From NCBI GenBank assembly GCA_049288585.1, contig JBAQHZ010000547.1, positions 611 through 64,610 on the forward strand: 64,000 nucleotides of DNA, in the 5' to 3' direction. The notes under the pieces were generated by a model. It searched no databases. It was not told the origin of the DNA and saw only the letters and a list, made by a program, of their open reading frames with translations. Shown here in pieces: positions 1 through 9,000 of the stretch (position 1 is the first letter of the stretch; each line of letters opens with the position of its first letter). Origin of the DNA: Chania sp. (GTDB lineage: Bacteria; Pseudomonadota; Gammaproteobacteria; Enterobacterales; Enterobacteriaceae). The position numbers and the translations under genes are program-made.

Positions 1-586
1 ACCACTTGGCGTTGCGTAATTCTTCGAGTGAAGCGCAGTGCGCCAAGGGGTGCCCTTTCCTGGCAACAACACCAAATGGGCAAGTCATCAAGGGCTCTTC
101 GATAAATTCGCCCAAAGATATCTCTTCGGAAATGATGCCGATAAAAAAGTCCAGTCTACCCACGCGCAGCGAGGGTAATAGCTCAGACTGTTGCCCCTCA
201 AAAAGAGAAATTTGGGCTTTGGGATAGGTTTTATTAATGCGCTGCATAACACTAGGAATAATCCTCAGTGTCTTGAGATGTGAACACCCGAATGAAACGG
301 TTCCATGCTGTGATTGATTAATTTGTTTTATTTCGTCTACAGCACGCTCCAACTCATATAACACTAACTTCATCCGTTTTTCGAAGATCCTTCCGGCATC
401 AGTCAGGACTATACCGCGGGTGCCTCTGACCATTAAGGTTGCGCCGAGCGTTGCTTCAAGCTCCTGGAGAGTACGCGTTATACCAGGCTGTGTCTGGTTC
501 AGGGCTTTTGCGGCAGCGCGGATGCTGCCGTGCAGAATAATGGCTTCGAAGACTTTCAGATGATTTATCTTGGGTAGGTATGGCAT
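1..586 (-). CDS. LysR-family transcriptional regulator (C-terminal part cut off by window edge)
   Basis: My own minus-strand translation from the ATG at 584-586 gives MPYLPKINHLKVFEAIILHGSIRAAAKALNQTQPGITRTLQELEATLGATLMVRGTRGIVLTDAGRIFEKRMKLVLYELERAVDEIKQ.... This is a LysR-type N-terminal wHTH followed by an effector domain. The frame stays open to position 1, and it is absent from the ORF track because it runs off the window. Confidence 0.8.
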   Translation of the reverse strand, partial: MPYLPKINHLKVFEAIILHGSIRAAAKALNQTQPGITRTLQELEATLGATLMVRGTRGIVLTDAGRIFEKRMKLVLYELERAVDEIKQINQSQHGTVSFGCSHLKTLRIIPSVMQRINKTYPKAQISLFEGQQSELLPSLRVGRLDFFIGIISEEISLGEFIEEPLMTCPFGVVARKGHPLAHCASLEELRNAKW

Positions 587-723
587 AAGGCACCTTCCGC
601 ATCGTTTAAGAAGAAAACAATGAAGCATCCGTGCGCCCACACCCCGCTAAAAACGGGGGAATATGCCAAAAGTATAGCAGGGAACTGTTTTGATCGGAGG
701 ATTTGCCTGTGGCGAAAAAGCCC

Positions 724-1701
724 TTAATTCATAAACTCCCCTTCCAACGCCGCAAATGCACCGCGAATCTCTTCCTCGGGCAAGTCGACTCCAATAAATA
801 CCAGCGTGCTTTGGCGCGGTTCGTCCGGTAACCACTCGCGATCCCAATCGGCGTTATACAAGCGCTGTACGCCCTGGAACAGTAAGCGACGTGATTCATC
901 TTTAATCGACAATATACCTTTATAGCGCAGCAGGTTATCAGCGAATTTCAGCAGCAAACTTTCCATCACGGCGGAAATTTGCATCAGTTCCAGCGGTTGG
1001 TCGTGATACACCACAATCGACCGGATATTATTCTGTGGCTGCGGGATACGCCGAAACAGCGGTGCCGGAGGAGCCACGTTCAGGCGATCGTTAAGCACAA
1101 AACCTTCAATATCGAATAAGACAGCCAGATCGATATCACCCTGGGTGACGTTATAAATCGGTGCGCGGGCGTTCATTAACTGCAAACGCTGGATCAGTGC
1201 TTCGTTGTTGGGGGCAACATCGGTTTTGGTCAGCAAAATGCGGTCGGCATAGCCTACCTGTGCCTGCGAGATGGTGAACTGGTTCAGTTGCTGATCGGCA
1301 TGCACCGCATCCACTAGCGTGATGATGCCGTCCAGCAGAAAACGTTCGCAGATGACGTCGTGCGAGAAGAAAGTCTGAGTAATCGGGCAGGGGTCGGCCA
1401 TGCCGGTACATTCGATGATCAGCCGGTTAAACTCCAGTTGGCCTTGATCAAGCGCATCCAGCAAGTCCAGCAGCGCATCCGCCAACTCGTTGGATTTGCT
1501 GCAACAGATGCAGCCGTTGCTGAGGGTGGTGATACGGCTGGCGCGATCGCCAATCAGGGCGTTGTCGATCGGTACTTCACCGAATTCGTTTTCGATGACG
1601 GCAATCTTGTAACCGTGGTTTTCGTTCAGAATGTGGCGCAGCAGGGTGGTTTTACCCGCGCCCAAAAAGCCCGTCAGGATGGTGACTGCGATGGGTTTCA
1701 T
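724..1701 (-). CDS. yjiA: COG0523/CobW-family P-loop GTPase YjiA
   Basis: 325-aa ORF with an ATG start. The N-terminus MKPIAVTILTGFLGAGKTTLLRHILNENHGYKIAVIENEFGEV and the CxCC motif (GCICCS) match E. coli YjiA along the full length. It sits downstream of yjiX and btsT as in E. coli. Confidence 0.9.
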   Translation of the reverse strand: MKPIAVTILTGFLGAGKTTLLRHILNENHGYKIAVIENEFGEVPIDNALIGDRASRITTLSNGCICCSKSNELADALLDLLDALDQGQLEFNRLIIECTGMADPCPITQTFFSHDVICERFLLDGIITLVDAVHADQQLNQFTISQAQVGYADRILLTKTDVAPNNEALIQRLQLMNARAPIYNVTQGDIDLAVLFDIEGFVLNDRLNVAPPAPLFRRIPQPQNNIRSIVVYHDQPLELMQISAVMESLLLKFADNLLRYKGILSIKDESRRLLFQGVQRLYNADWDREWLPDEPRQSTLVFIGVDLPEEEIRGAFAALEGEFMN

Positions 1702-1723
1702 CTTTTGTCCTTATTGATGTTCA

Positions 1724-1927
1724 CTAACAGCAGCGCATGCCACCTTTGCCATTGCCACCGTAGCGGGCCTCCTGGCGTTCACGGAAGAACTCTTTGTAAG
1801 TCATCATCGGTTTATCTGGATGATTGTCTTTCATGTGCTGGACATAGGTATCGTAGTCAGGCACGCCCACTAACATGCGTGCTGCCTGCCCGAGATATTT
1901 ACCTGCCTGGCCAAGGTTGCCGAACAT
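1724..1927 (-). CDS. yjiX: YbdD/YjiX-family small protein (DUF466)
   Basis: 67-aa [61 protein letters not shown].... It has the size and position of the small partner gene found after CstA-family transporters. Confidence 0.85.
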   Translation of the reverse strand: MFGNLGQAGKYLGQAARMLVGVPDYDTYVQHMKDNHPDKPMMTYKEFFRERQEARYGGNGKGGMRCC

Positions 1928-1952
1928 GCTTCTTCTCCAAAGAAAAATACCC

Positions 1953-2078
1953 TATACCCTTCGTCTTTCAAACCACAGCGTTGTTGACTGCGTTCGTGAA
2001 CCCCAGTCACTGACCTGAGTCAGCTCCTGGGGATTAACGATCTTGTCGCCTAGCTGTGGCTTGAAATCCATTGAGTAT
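1953..2078. repeat. ERIC (enterobacterial repetitive intergenic consensus) element, about 126 bp
   Basis: The core ...gaaccccagtcactgacctgagtcagctcctggggattaac... matches the ERIC2/ERIC1R primer regions. The ends tataccc...ttcaa / ttgaaatccattgagtat are inverted. The element aligns by eye with the copy at 17805-17931. Confidence 0.7.
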
Positions 2079-2118
2079 TAATTAGCTTTCATTATGCAGG
2101 GTATCGATTAAATCACCA

Positions 2119-4272
2119 TCAGTGGTGCGACGAAACTTTGACGCCACCCTCAGGAACCGGAACGTATGGCGTTTCCTGATCGGTACGTTGCGGGTTTTTG
2201 TACGCTGCCATGGCGGTTTTGATGCCAAAGAAGATGATGCTGTAGACCACCAGCAGGAACAGAATGCTCAAACCGGCGTTGGTGTAGTTGTTCACCACGA
2301 TATGGTTCATGTTGGCAATCTGCTGAGCGGTCAGTTCAGTACCGCCCTCGGCGATTTTGTTTTTGTACAGGCTGGCCTGGAAGAAGAAGCCTTCCAACTG
2401 CGGGTTGTCGCTGAACAGCTTCAGACCCAGCGCGTAGGTGGTACAGATCAGCAGCCAAACGGCTGGGATCACGGTCACCCAGATGTACTTGGTGCGCTTC
2501 ATCTTGATCAATACCACAGTGCTCAGGACCAGCGCTACGGCAGCCAACATCTGGTTGGAGATGCCGAACAGCGGCCACAGGCTTTTAACGCCGCCGAGCG
2601 GATCGACCACGCCTTGATACAGTAGGTAACCCCACAAGCCAACGCAGCCCGCAGTACCGGCAATACCGGCCACCAGCGAATCGGTTTTCTTCAGGAACGG
2701 GACGAAGTTACCCAACAAGTCTTGCAGCATAAAGCGGCCGGAACGGGTGCCCGCATCGAGAGCGGTCAGGATGAACAGCGCTTCGAACAGAATACCGAAG
2801 TGATACCAGAAGCCCATATTCGCACCAGGGATGACCTGGTGGAACACGTGAGCGATACCAACTGCCAGAGTGGGTGCGCCACCGGCACGGTTCAGTACCG
2901 AAGGTTCGCCGATGTCTTTGGCGGTTTGCAGGATCTGCTCTGGGGTAATCACAAAGCCCCAGGAGCTGACGGTAGCCGCTGCATGGGCGGTTACGTCACG
3001 CAGAGAGGCCATGATCATTGGCGCATCTTCGGTCCCCAAGCGGTGCAGGTCTGGCATGGTGATGCCGAGCGCAGCCGGTGGAGTGTTCATGGCAAAATAC
3101 AGGCCAGGCTCGATGATTGAAGCCGCTACCAGCGCCATAATCGCGACAAAGGACTCCATCAGCATCGCGCCGTAACCAATGAAACGCGCATGGGTTTCGC
3201 TGGCCAGCAGCTTAGGTGTGGTACCGGAAGCGATCAGCGCGTGGAAGCCAGAAACGGCGCCGCAGGCAATGGTAATAAACAGGAACGGGAACAGGGTGCC
3301 TTTCCACACCGGGCCAGTGCCGTCAATGAACTGCGTCACCGCAGGCATTTTCAGCTCAGGGTTGAGGATCACGATACCGATCGCCAGCCCGACGATCACG
3401 CCGATTTTCAGGAAAGTCGCCAGATAATCACGCGGCGCCAGGATCAGCCACACCGGCAGCAGAGCAGAAACGAAGGCATAACCAATCAGCGTATAGGTGA
3501 TGGTGGTGTCTTTAAAGGTCAGCGCCGGGCCCCAGTAGGGGTCTTGGGCGATCACGCCGCCAAACCAGATGGAGGCGATCAACAGCACGATACCGATGAT
3601 CGACACTTCACCCACCTTACCAGGGCGCAGGAAGCGCATATACACGCCCATAAACAGCGCGATTGGCACGGTGGAACAGACGGTGAATACGCCCCACGGG
3701 CTTTCTGCCAGGGCTTTCACTACGATCAGCGCCAATACCGCCAGGATGATGATCATAATCAGGAAACAGCCAAACAGCGCGATGGTGCCAGGTATTGGGC
3801 CCATTTCCTTTTTGATGATCTCGCCCAAAGAAGCACCGTTACGGCGCGAGGAGATAAACAGCACCATAAAGTCCTGTACCGCCCCCGCCAACACCACGCC
3901 GCCTAGCAGCCACAGCGTGCCAGGCAGGTAGCCGACCTGTGCCGCCAGCACCGGGCCAACCAGCGGGCCAGCACCGGCGATCGCCGCAAAGTGGTGGCCG
4001 AACAGCACGTTCTTGTTGGTTGGCACATAGTTGAGGCCATCGTTATTCACCACCGCCGGTGTGGCGCGGGTGGCGTCCAGTTGCATCACCTTGGTGGCGA
4101 TGTAGAGGCTGTAGTAGCGATACGCCACCAGATACACCGCCACCGAAGCCACGATGATCCACAGCGCACTGATGCTCTCGCCACGGCGCAATGCCACTAC
4201 GCCCAGGCAGGAAGCACCCAGTATTCCTAATAATATCCATGGGATATGTTTTAAAATTCCCTCGCGTTTCAT
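2119..4272 (-). CDS. btsT: CstA-family pyruvate/H+ symporter BtsT (YjiY)
   Basis: 717-aa polytopic membrane ORF, near-identical in long blocks to E. coli YjiY/BtsT (IPWILLGILGA...RRGE.ISALWI..., C-terminus PEGGVKVSSHH). It is followed by yjiX-yjiA, which distinguishes it from cstA-ybdD. Confidence 0.9.
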   Translation of the reverse strand: MKREGILKHIPWILLGILGASCLGVVALRRGESISALWIIVASVAVYLVAYRYYSLYIATKVMQLDATRATPAVVNNDGLNYVPTNKNVLFGHHFAAIAGAGPLVGPVLAAQVGYLPGTLWLLGGVVLAGAVQDFMVLFISSRRNGASLGEIIKKEMGPIPGTIALFGCFLIMIIILAVLALIVVKALAESPWGVFTVCSTVPIALFMGVYMRFLRPGKVGEVSIIGIVLLIASIWFGGVIAQDPYWGPALTFKDTTITYTLIGYAFVSALLPVWLILAPRDYLATFLKIGVIVGLAIGIVILNPELKMPAVTQFIDGTGPVWKGTLFPFLFITIACGAVSGFHALIASGTTPKLLASETHARFIGYGAMLMESFVAIMALVAASIIEPGLYFAMNTPPAALGITMPDLHRLGTEDAPMIMASLRDVTAHAAATVSSWGFVITPEQILQTAKDIGEPSVLNRAGGAPTLAVGIAHVFHQVIPGANMGFWYHFGILFEALFILTALDAGTRSGRFMLQDLLGNFVPFLKKTDSLVAGIAGTAGCVGLWGYLLYQGVVDPLGGVKSLWPLFGISNQMLAAVALVLSTVVLIKMKRTKYIWVTVIPAVWLLICTTYALGLKLFSDNPQLEGFFFQASLYKNKIAEGGTELTAQQIANMNHIVVNNYTNAGLSILFLLVVYSIIFFGIKTAMAAYKNPQRTDQETPYVPVPEGGVKVSSHH

Positions 4273-4468
4273 GAGGTGTCCTTATTCCAATCTGCAAAAA
4301 ATGAGTGATAAATCCGGTTATTTGTTGTTGCAGGCAAACAGCCGCCTGTTATCGGACATCGGTGTTGTAACGTCTTCCCCTGGTAGGGGCAGGTTTAGGA
4401 ACAGCTCATCATCACTGGCCTGGAGGGGGGAATACATCTGATTTTCAGTCAGTGGTTTAATACGCGGA

Positions 4469-4497
4469 TGAACGGTTGGAATCGGAAGGTGAGCGGT
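4469..4497 (-). promoter_or_regulatory. Candidate BtsR (YehT, LytTR-type) operator: direct repeat ACCGCTCA-N13-ACCGTTCA
   Basis: On the btsT strand, 4497-4490 reads ACCGCTCA and 4476-4469 reads ACCGTTCA, exactly 21 bp start to start and about 200 nt upstream of the btsT ATG. As I recall it, the published E. coli yjiY promoter motif is ACC[G/T]CT[C/T]A repeated with a 13-bp spacer. The second repeat here has one mismatch. Confidence 0.45.
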
Positions 4498-4620
4498 TAG
4501 GTAATGTTGACTTGGGGGCATATTCTGCCCCATAGATGCGCTACGCCACGCTTGGTAGGTTACGGCAACCGCACCTCATCCCAGCTTAAACCTCAGGGCT
4601 GTAATAATCGGGAATAGAGA

Positions 4621-4854
4621 TTAACGACGTTCAGCATGATTTTTGCGGTGTTCTTTCCCTTCACCACCTTTATGGCGACCTTTCTTGTTACGCTCATCAT
4701 CACTGCCATCACTAAGCAGTGCGACCGCAACCAGGGCACCAATGCCGACAGCGACCACCCCAACGGTAGCGATCTCCTCGCCACTCAGATTGGCGCAGCC
4801 AACCGTTGATAAACACAGCAAACCAATCAAAGGATTTCTCAGTGATTCGACCAT
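4621..4854 (-). CDS. Small putative lipoprotein with a glycine-zipper hydrophobic segment and a highly basic C-tail
   Basis: 77-aa ORF with an ATG start and AAGGGA about 9 nt upstream. It has a signal-like N-terminus ending LSTVGC (lipobox-like), then IATVGVVAVGIGALVAVALL, then DGSDDERNKKGRHKGGEGKEHRKNHAERR. I recognise no ortholog. Confidence 0.5.
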   Translation of the reverse strand: MVESLRNPLIGLLCLSTVGCANLSGEEIATVGVVAVGIGALVAVALLSDGSDDERNKKGRHKGGEGKEHRKNHAERR

Positions 4855-5067
4855 GATGACCTATCCCTTTTACGCAACGTTAGACGATGATATCGACCTC
4901 CCGCTACCCTATGGCACGCAGATCGTTAGCTCAAGATAAGCACGGGTAAAGTAAGTGAAAATGAATCGTAAGTGGGGTTGACGTTACTTGACAAAAGGCC
5001 AGGCGAAAGAGCGAAAATCTGACGTTGAAGCATCAACATTGCCTTCAGCATCAGGTTCTGGGTTTGT

Positions 5068-5832
5068 TCAGCATTTAGCGATAAAAATATTCTGCCGATG
5101 ATAGGCCAACTGACTGGCATCTGGCGGGAAACCGATCGGTAGCCTCAGCCTGCGGCCTTCATATTTGGCGAAAGTTTCTTCACTGATGGCGCTTTTCAGT
5201 TGCTTAAGACGCGGCGAAAGCACTAATTCCAGATGTTCATTGAAAGTGATTAATCCGCGATCAAAAGCTTTGTCATGCAGGTTGGACAAGCACAAGCCGT
5301 TGCTGGGGTTGAGCTGATGTTCAACGGATGTTTTCCAGGGGCGGATATGGCTGGCCACTAGCAACATCGGTTCCTCCAGTTCGGTCAGGCAACAGCGGTT
5401 TTCATAGGCATCCAGTACGCGTTTGCGGAACAGCTGTTGGCCAACGCGGGCATTAACGATGGTGGTTCTTTCTCTGCCGCTGAAGTCTTCAACTCCGCTG
5501 TCATGCAAGGCGGTGACGGGAGGTTCCAACTGTGTCATGGCCAACTGGCACTGTAGCTCGAAGGTTTCGCTGTTGAGGTTCATTTCCTGCCACAGGGCGC
5601 GATCGGCTTTGGATGCCCCTGTCAGCCCACGGCGGCCAGATTCAACGATAAACGGATCCAGACTGGCGATATTTACCAGCTTCATTGCCAGCGCCGAAGC
5701 TGTGCGGCCAATCAAGCCAGCGTAATGAATAATATCGGGATTATGTGCATGCAATTTGCCAAACGGAATCTGGCTGTACAGCGTGAAAGCCACCAGCAAC
5801 TGTTCCCGGGTCCAGAGATTTACCGCAGCCAT
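5068..5832 (-). CDS. HNH endonuclease (HNH_2 / COG3440-like predicted restriction endonuclease)
   Basis: 254-aa ORF with an ATG start and GAGG 6 nt upstream. The C-terminal half carries CCLTELEEPMLLVASHIRPW....NPSNGLCLSNLHDKAFDRGLITF, the C..C / aaHI.PW / NGL.L...H..FD pattern of the HNH_2 family. The N-terminal roughly 100 aa are of unknown function. Confidence 0.8.
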   Translation of the reverse strand: MAAVNLWTREQLLVAFTLYSQIPFGKLHAHNPDIIHYAGLIGRTASALAMKLVNIASLDPFIVESGRRGLTGASKADRALWQEMNLNSETFELQCQLAMTQLEPPVTALHDSGVEDFSGRERTTIVNARVGQQLFRKRVLDAYENRCCLTELEEPMLLVASHIRPWKTSVEHQLNPSNGLCLSNLHDKAFDRGLITFNEHLELVLSPRLKQLKSAISEETFAKYEGRRLRLPIGFPPDASQLAYHRQNIFIAKC

Positions 5833-5976
5833 GAGGGCCTCGTGTTGACGTTACTGCATCCTGTTAGTGAGTTTGTTTACTATGCCAGGCACGTCGTTTA
5901 TTGCCTACCTTCATCGATCAGAATGCCATTCTGGGGATCTTCGGTGCGGAGTGGGGAAACTTCGTAGCACATGAAA

Positions 5977-6002
5977 TCCCCCTCTCCTTTTGGAAAGGGG
6001 GG
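5977..6002 (-). terminator. Hairpin terminator downstream of the autotransporter gene
   Basis: cccccTcTcc-tttt-ggAaAggggg forms a 10-bp GC-rich stem with one mismatch. On the minus strand it is followed by ATTTCAT, and it lies about 25 nt after the stop at 6026. Confidence 0.5.
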
Positions 6003-6025
6003 AACGCGACCTGTTGATAATGTGA

Positions 6026-9000
6026 TTAGAAGCGCCAGCTAAAGCCCGCGTTAACGCGGTTATCCTGATGGTTTTGTGAGAGCAAACCACCATAGCCCAG
6101 TGACAGAGCGGCATTCTTGCCAACGGCGACTTCTGCGCTGGCTTTCAACACCGCGCCATCGCGGGATACCGGCACGCTATTGATCACAAACGATGAGCTG
6201 CTGCCGCTAAACATCAACCCGGTAGCGCGATCCAACTCGCCATACTGGTGTTGCCAACCCAATTCGCCACGCAGCGTGACGGCTTGTAACTGGGTATCGG
6301 CACGTAACCCCAGAGTGGAAATCGTCGCGTCAGTGTGCTGCTTATCTGCACGCAGCGCGGCGGCACCCCCATTTTCAGCAATACCGTTATTCTGGAAATT
6401 GACGTAGGCCAAGTTGGCAAAGGGTTCGAGGTTAACTTGCGCAGCTTTGATGCTGTAACCTACCTCGGCGAACAGTTGCTGGGTGCGGGCGCTGTACTTG
6501 GCCGAAGCATTGTCTGACTGCGCGCCATAATTGATGGTGCGCGCGGTATCAATGCGGTGCCAGGTATAGGTACTGCCAGCCCGCAATGCCAACGCATCAA
6601 ACTGCTTACTGCCGTACGCCCCCAGGTGATAATTGTCGCTGTTGGCGTTAGAACCGTAGCCGCCGTCCAGCGAAGTACGGGTATAACCTGTCGCCATACC
6701 TAGCTGCCACTCTCCAGCATAGGCGGAGTCCAGCCCCATCAGCACTCCGTAGGTTGATGCTTGGTAGCCGGTGGTGTTTGCATTACCGGAGGCGTGATCC
6801 CAAGCGCCTAACAGTTGCGCCCAGGCGCCACCTTCGTTCGCCTTAATCTCCGGCGAACTGCCCAGCCCTGCGCCCTGGCGCAGTCGCCCGTTTAGGGCTT
6901 CACGCAGGTAACGGCTGTCATTCATCTGGGCGGAGGCGATATCGGCATGGATTTGCCCCGACAGTTGGCGAAACGCCTGCCTAGCTTTCCAAGGTGTGCT
7001 GCTGGTCAGAATGCTTTCGTACACCGGGTTGCCCGCTCCCAGCGTCTCGGCGGTGCGCGCCACGGCACGTTCGTTCTGCGTTTGTGCCACATCGGCGAAG
7101 GCGGTGGCGTTGCGCCCGACGTTCAGGGTCACCTGATTCGGTTGATAATTCAGGGTGCTGCCCAAGAACAGATAATCTGGCTGCACGCGATCAAACTGCC
7201 CGCTGATGCCTTGCTGTGCAGTCAGGATGGTGTATTGCTGGCCCAGCAGGCTGCGTACTTCACTTTGGCTAAGCAGGTTGCCCCGGTTCTCCAGCGAGAC
7301 ATCCACTTCGCCGCCGTTCAGTACGGCAGTTCCAGCGCTCTGGATCATATCGCTGCTGCCATTGGCCGCGACTTCGACGGCGTAGTGCGCGCCAGGCTGG
7401 AAGGTGAGGTCATTAGCCACCTGCAAGGTGCCAATCGAGTTACCCGGTGCGATAACCGCTCCAGATTGCGCGTTCAGCGCACCGACCGTGCCGGAACCGC
7501 CGAGTAACGCGCCGTCATCGACCTTGACGGCAGAGTTGCCGTGATAGCCATTGACGATCAACGCACCACCGGCGATCTCTGTTGTGCCTGAAAAACGGTT
7601 ATTACCGGTAAGTTCGAGGATACCTGACCCCTTTTTCACGAAACTACCATTACCGGCAATATCATTGTTCCAAGCGTCATAAGCGCTAAAGCCGCCTTGG
7701 CTGGCGTCCATGGTGACTGCAACGTTGCCGTTGAAGGCAGCGTATCCGTCGGCGGCGGCATAGAGATTGAGGCGCGCCCAGCCTGAACCGTTATCCAGCG
7801 CGTGGCCGGACTCGATCTCCGTAGTGGCGAGCACCTCGCGCCGCTGTTCGGCAGTCAGATAGGGGAACCGGCTGGCGAGCAACACTTCTGCCCCTTCAGG
7901 TACCACCGGGGCGAGATCGGTGGGGCCGATCGGATCAAGGCCGTAAGTCAGGCGATAGGTGTAATCGGCCTTATTACGCGCTGCCTGCTGTAAACGCTCC
8001 GCTTGGTCTGCGGCAGAACAGGCCGCCAGCGTAGTGCCGCACCCTTGTTCCAACAGTGTGCGCAGATCCGTTTGTGCCGTTGCCATCAATCCTTGGAAAT
8101 CGTTAGTGGTGGTGATTGGTCCACCCAAGATCCCCGAGATGCTTTTCCCCAAATAATCGGGGTTATTGTTGAGGATTTGCGCCATAGCGTAGGTGGTCAT
8201 AATGCGCGCGCCAATAACGTCCAGCGCATAGTGAGCGCCTAGCGTAACGCGGCTGTTGCCGTATTCAGAACCGCGCAGGAGGAACTCCTGAAAACGTTCC
8301 GGCACCATTTCTGCAAACAGGTAGGTGCTGGCGAAGCCGAAAGCGGTATGGCCGCTGGGGAAAGACGCATTCCCCTTGAGGGTGGGCAGGATGGATACCG
8401 CGCTGTCGGTCTGGGCCCCGAAGAAATCGAGCGCGCTGAAGCTCTCGACTCTGCCCGGCGCGACCTGCACCGGACGCGAGTTACCGACCGTATTGCGATT
8501 TTCCTTCGTAGGCTGGTAAGCCAGATCGTAGACGTTATACACCCCGCCTTCCGGCAGGCTGATGCCGGTGGCCTGCATCGCTGGATTACCGTTGGTGCTG
8601 CCATTGGCGAAATAGTTTTTGGCAAAGCTCGAATCTATTTGGATCAGCGCATTCACCTGCGAGAACAGGGTCGCGAAGCTTGGGGAAAAGGTGCTGGCCT
8701 TATAGGTTGCCGCGTTGATGCTGTTGTTGGCGGAGAAAATCTCATACATCTTCGGCCCCAGCGCATTGGCCACCAGCAGGCCGTTGTCCATGGAGCCGAT
8801 CAGTGCCGCTATCGTATTATCCGCAATCGCCCTGGCGCGCTGGGTGGCAGAAGAGCCGTTGTTGATGGCGATCGAGGTGTTGAGGTTTTCTGCCAAGGCA
8901 TTACGCCCTTCCGCGCTGTTGTTAAGCTGGCTAAAGCCTGCTATCAGCTCTGTGGCGTTGATCGTACGGCCATCAACGGAATAGGCGGGGGCGACAGAAG

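Noticed and set aside
6-227. 73-aa plus-strand ORF at the window start
   Set aside because: It is antisense to the LysR-family gene, whose frame is open across the whole region.
4318-4533. 71-aa minus-strand ORF upstream of btsT
   Set aside because: It has no Shine-Dalgarno sequence. It overlaps the candidate BtsR operator repeats and the expected btsT promoter and 5'-UTR. I recognise no family. It is more likely non-coding regulatory DNA.
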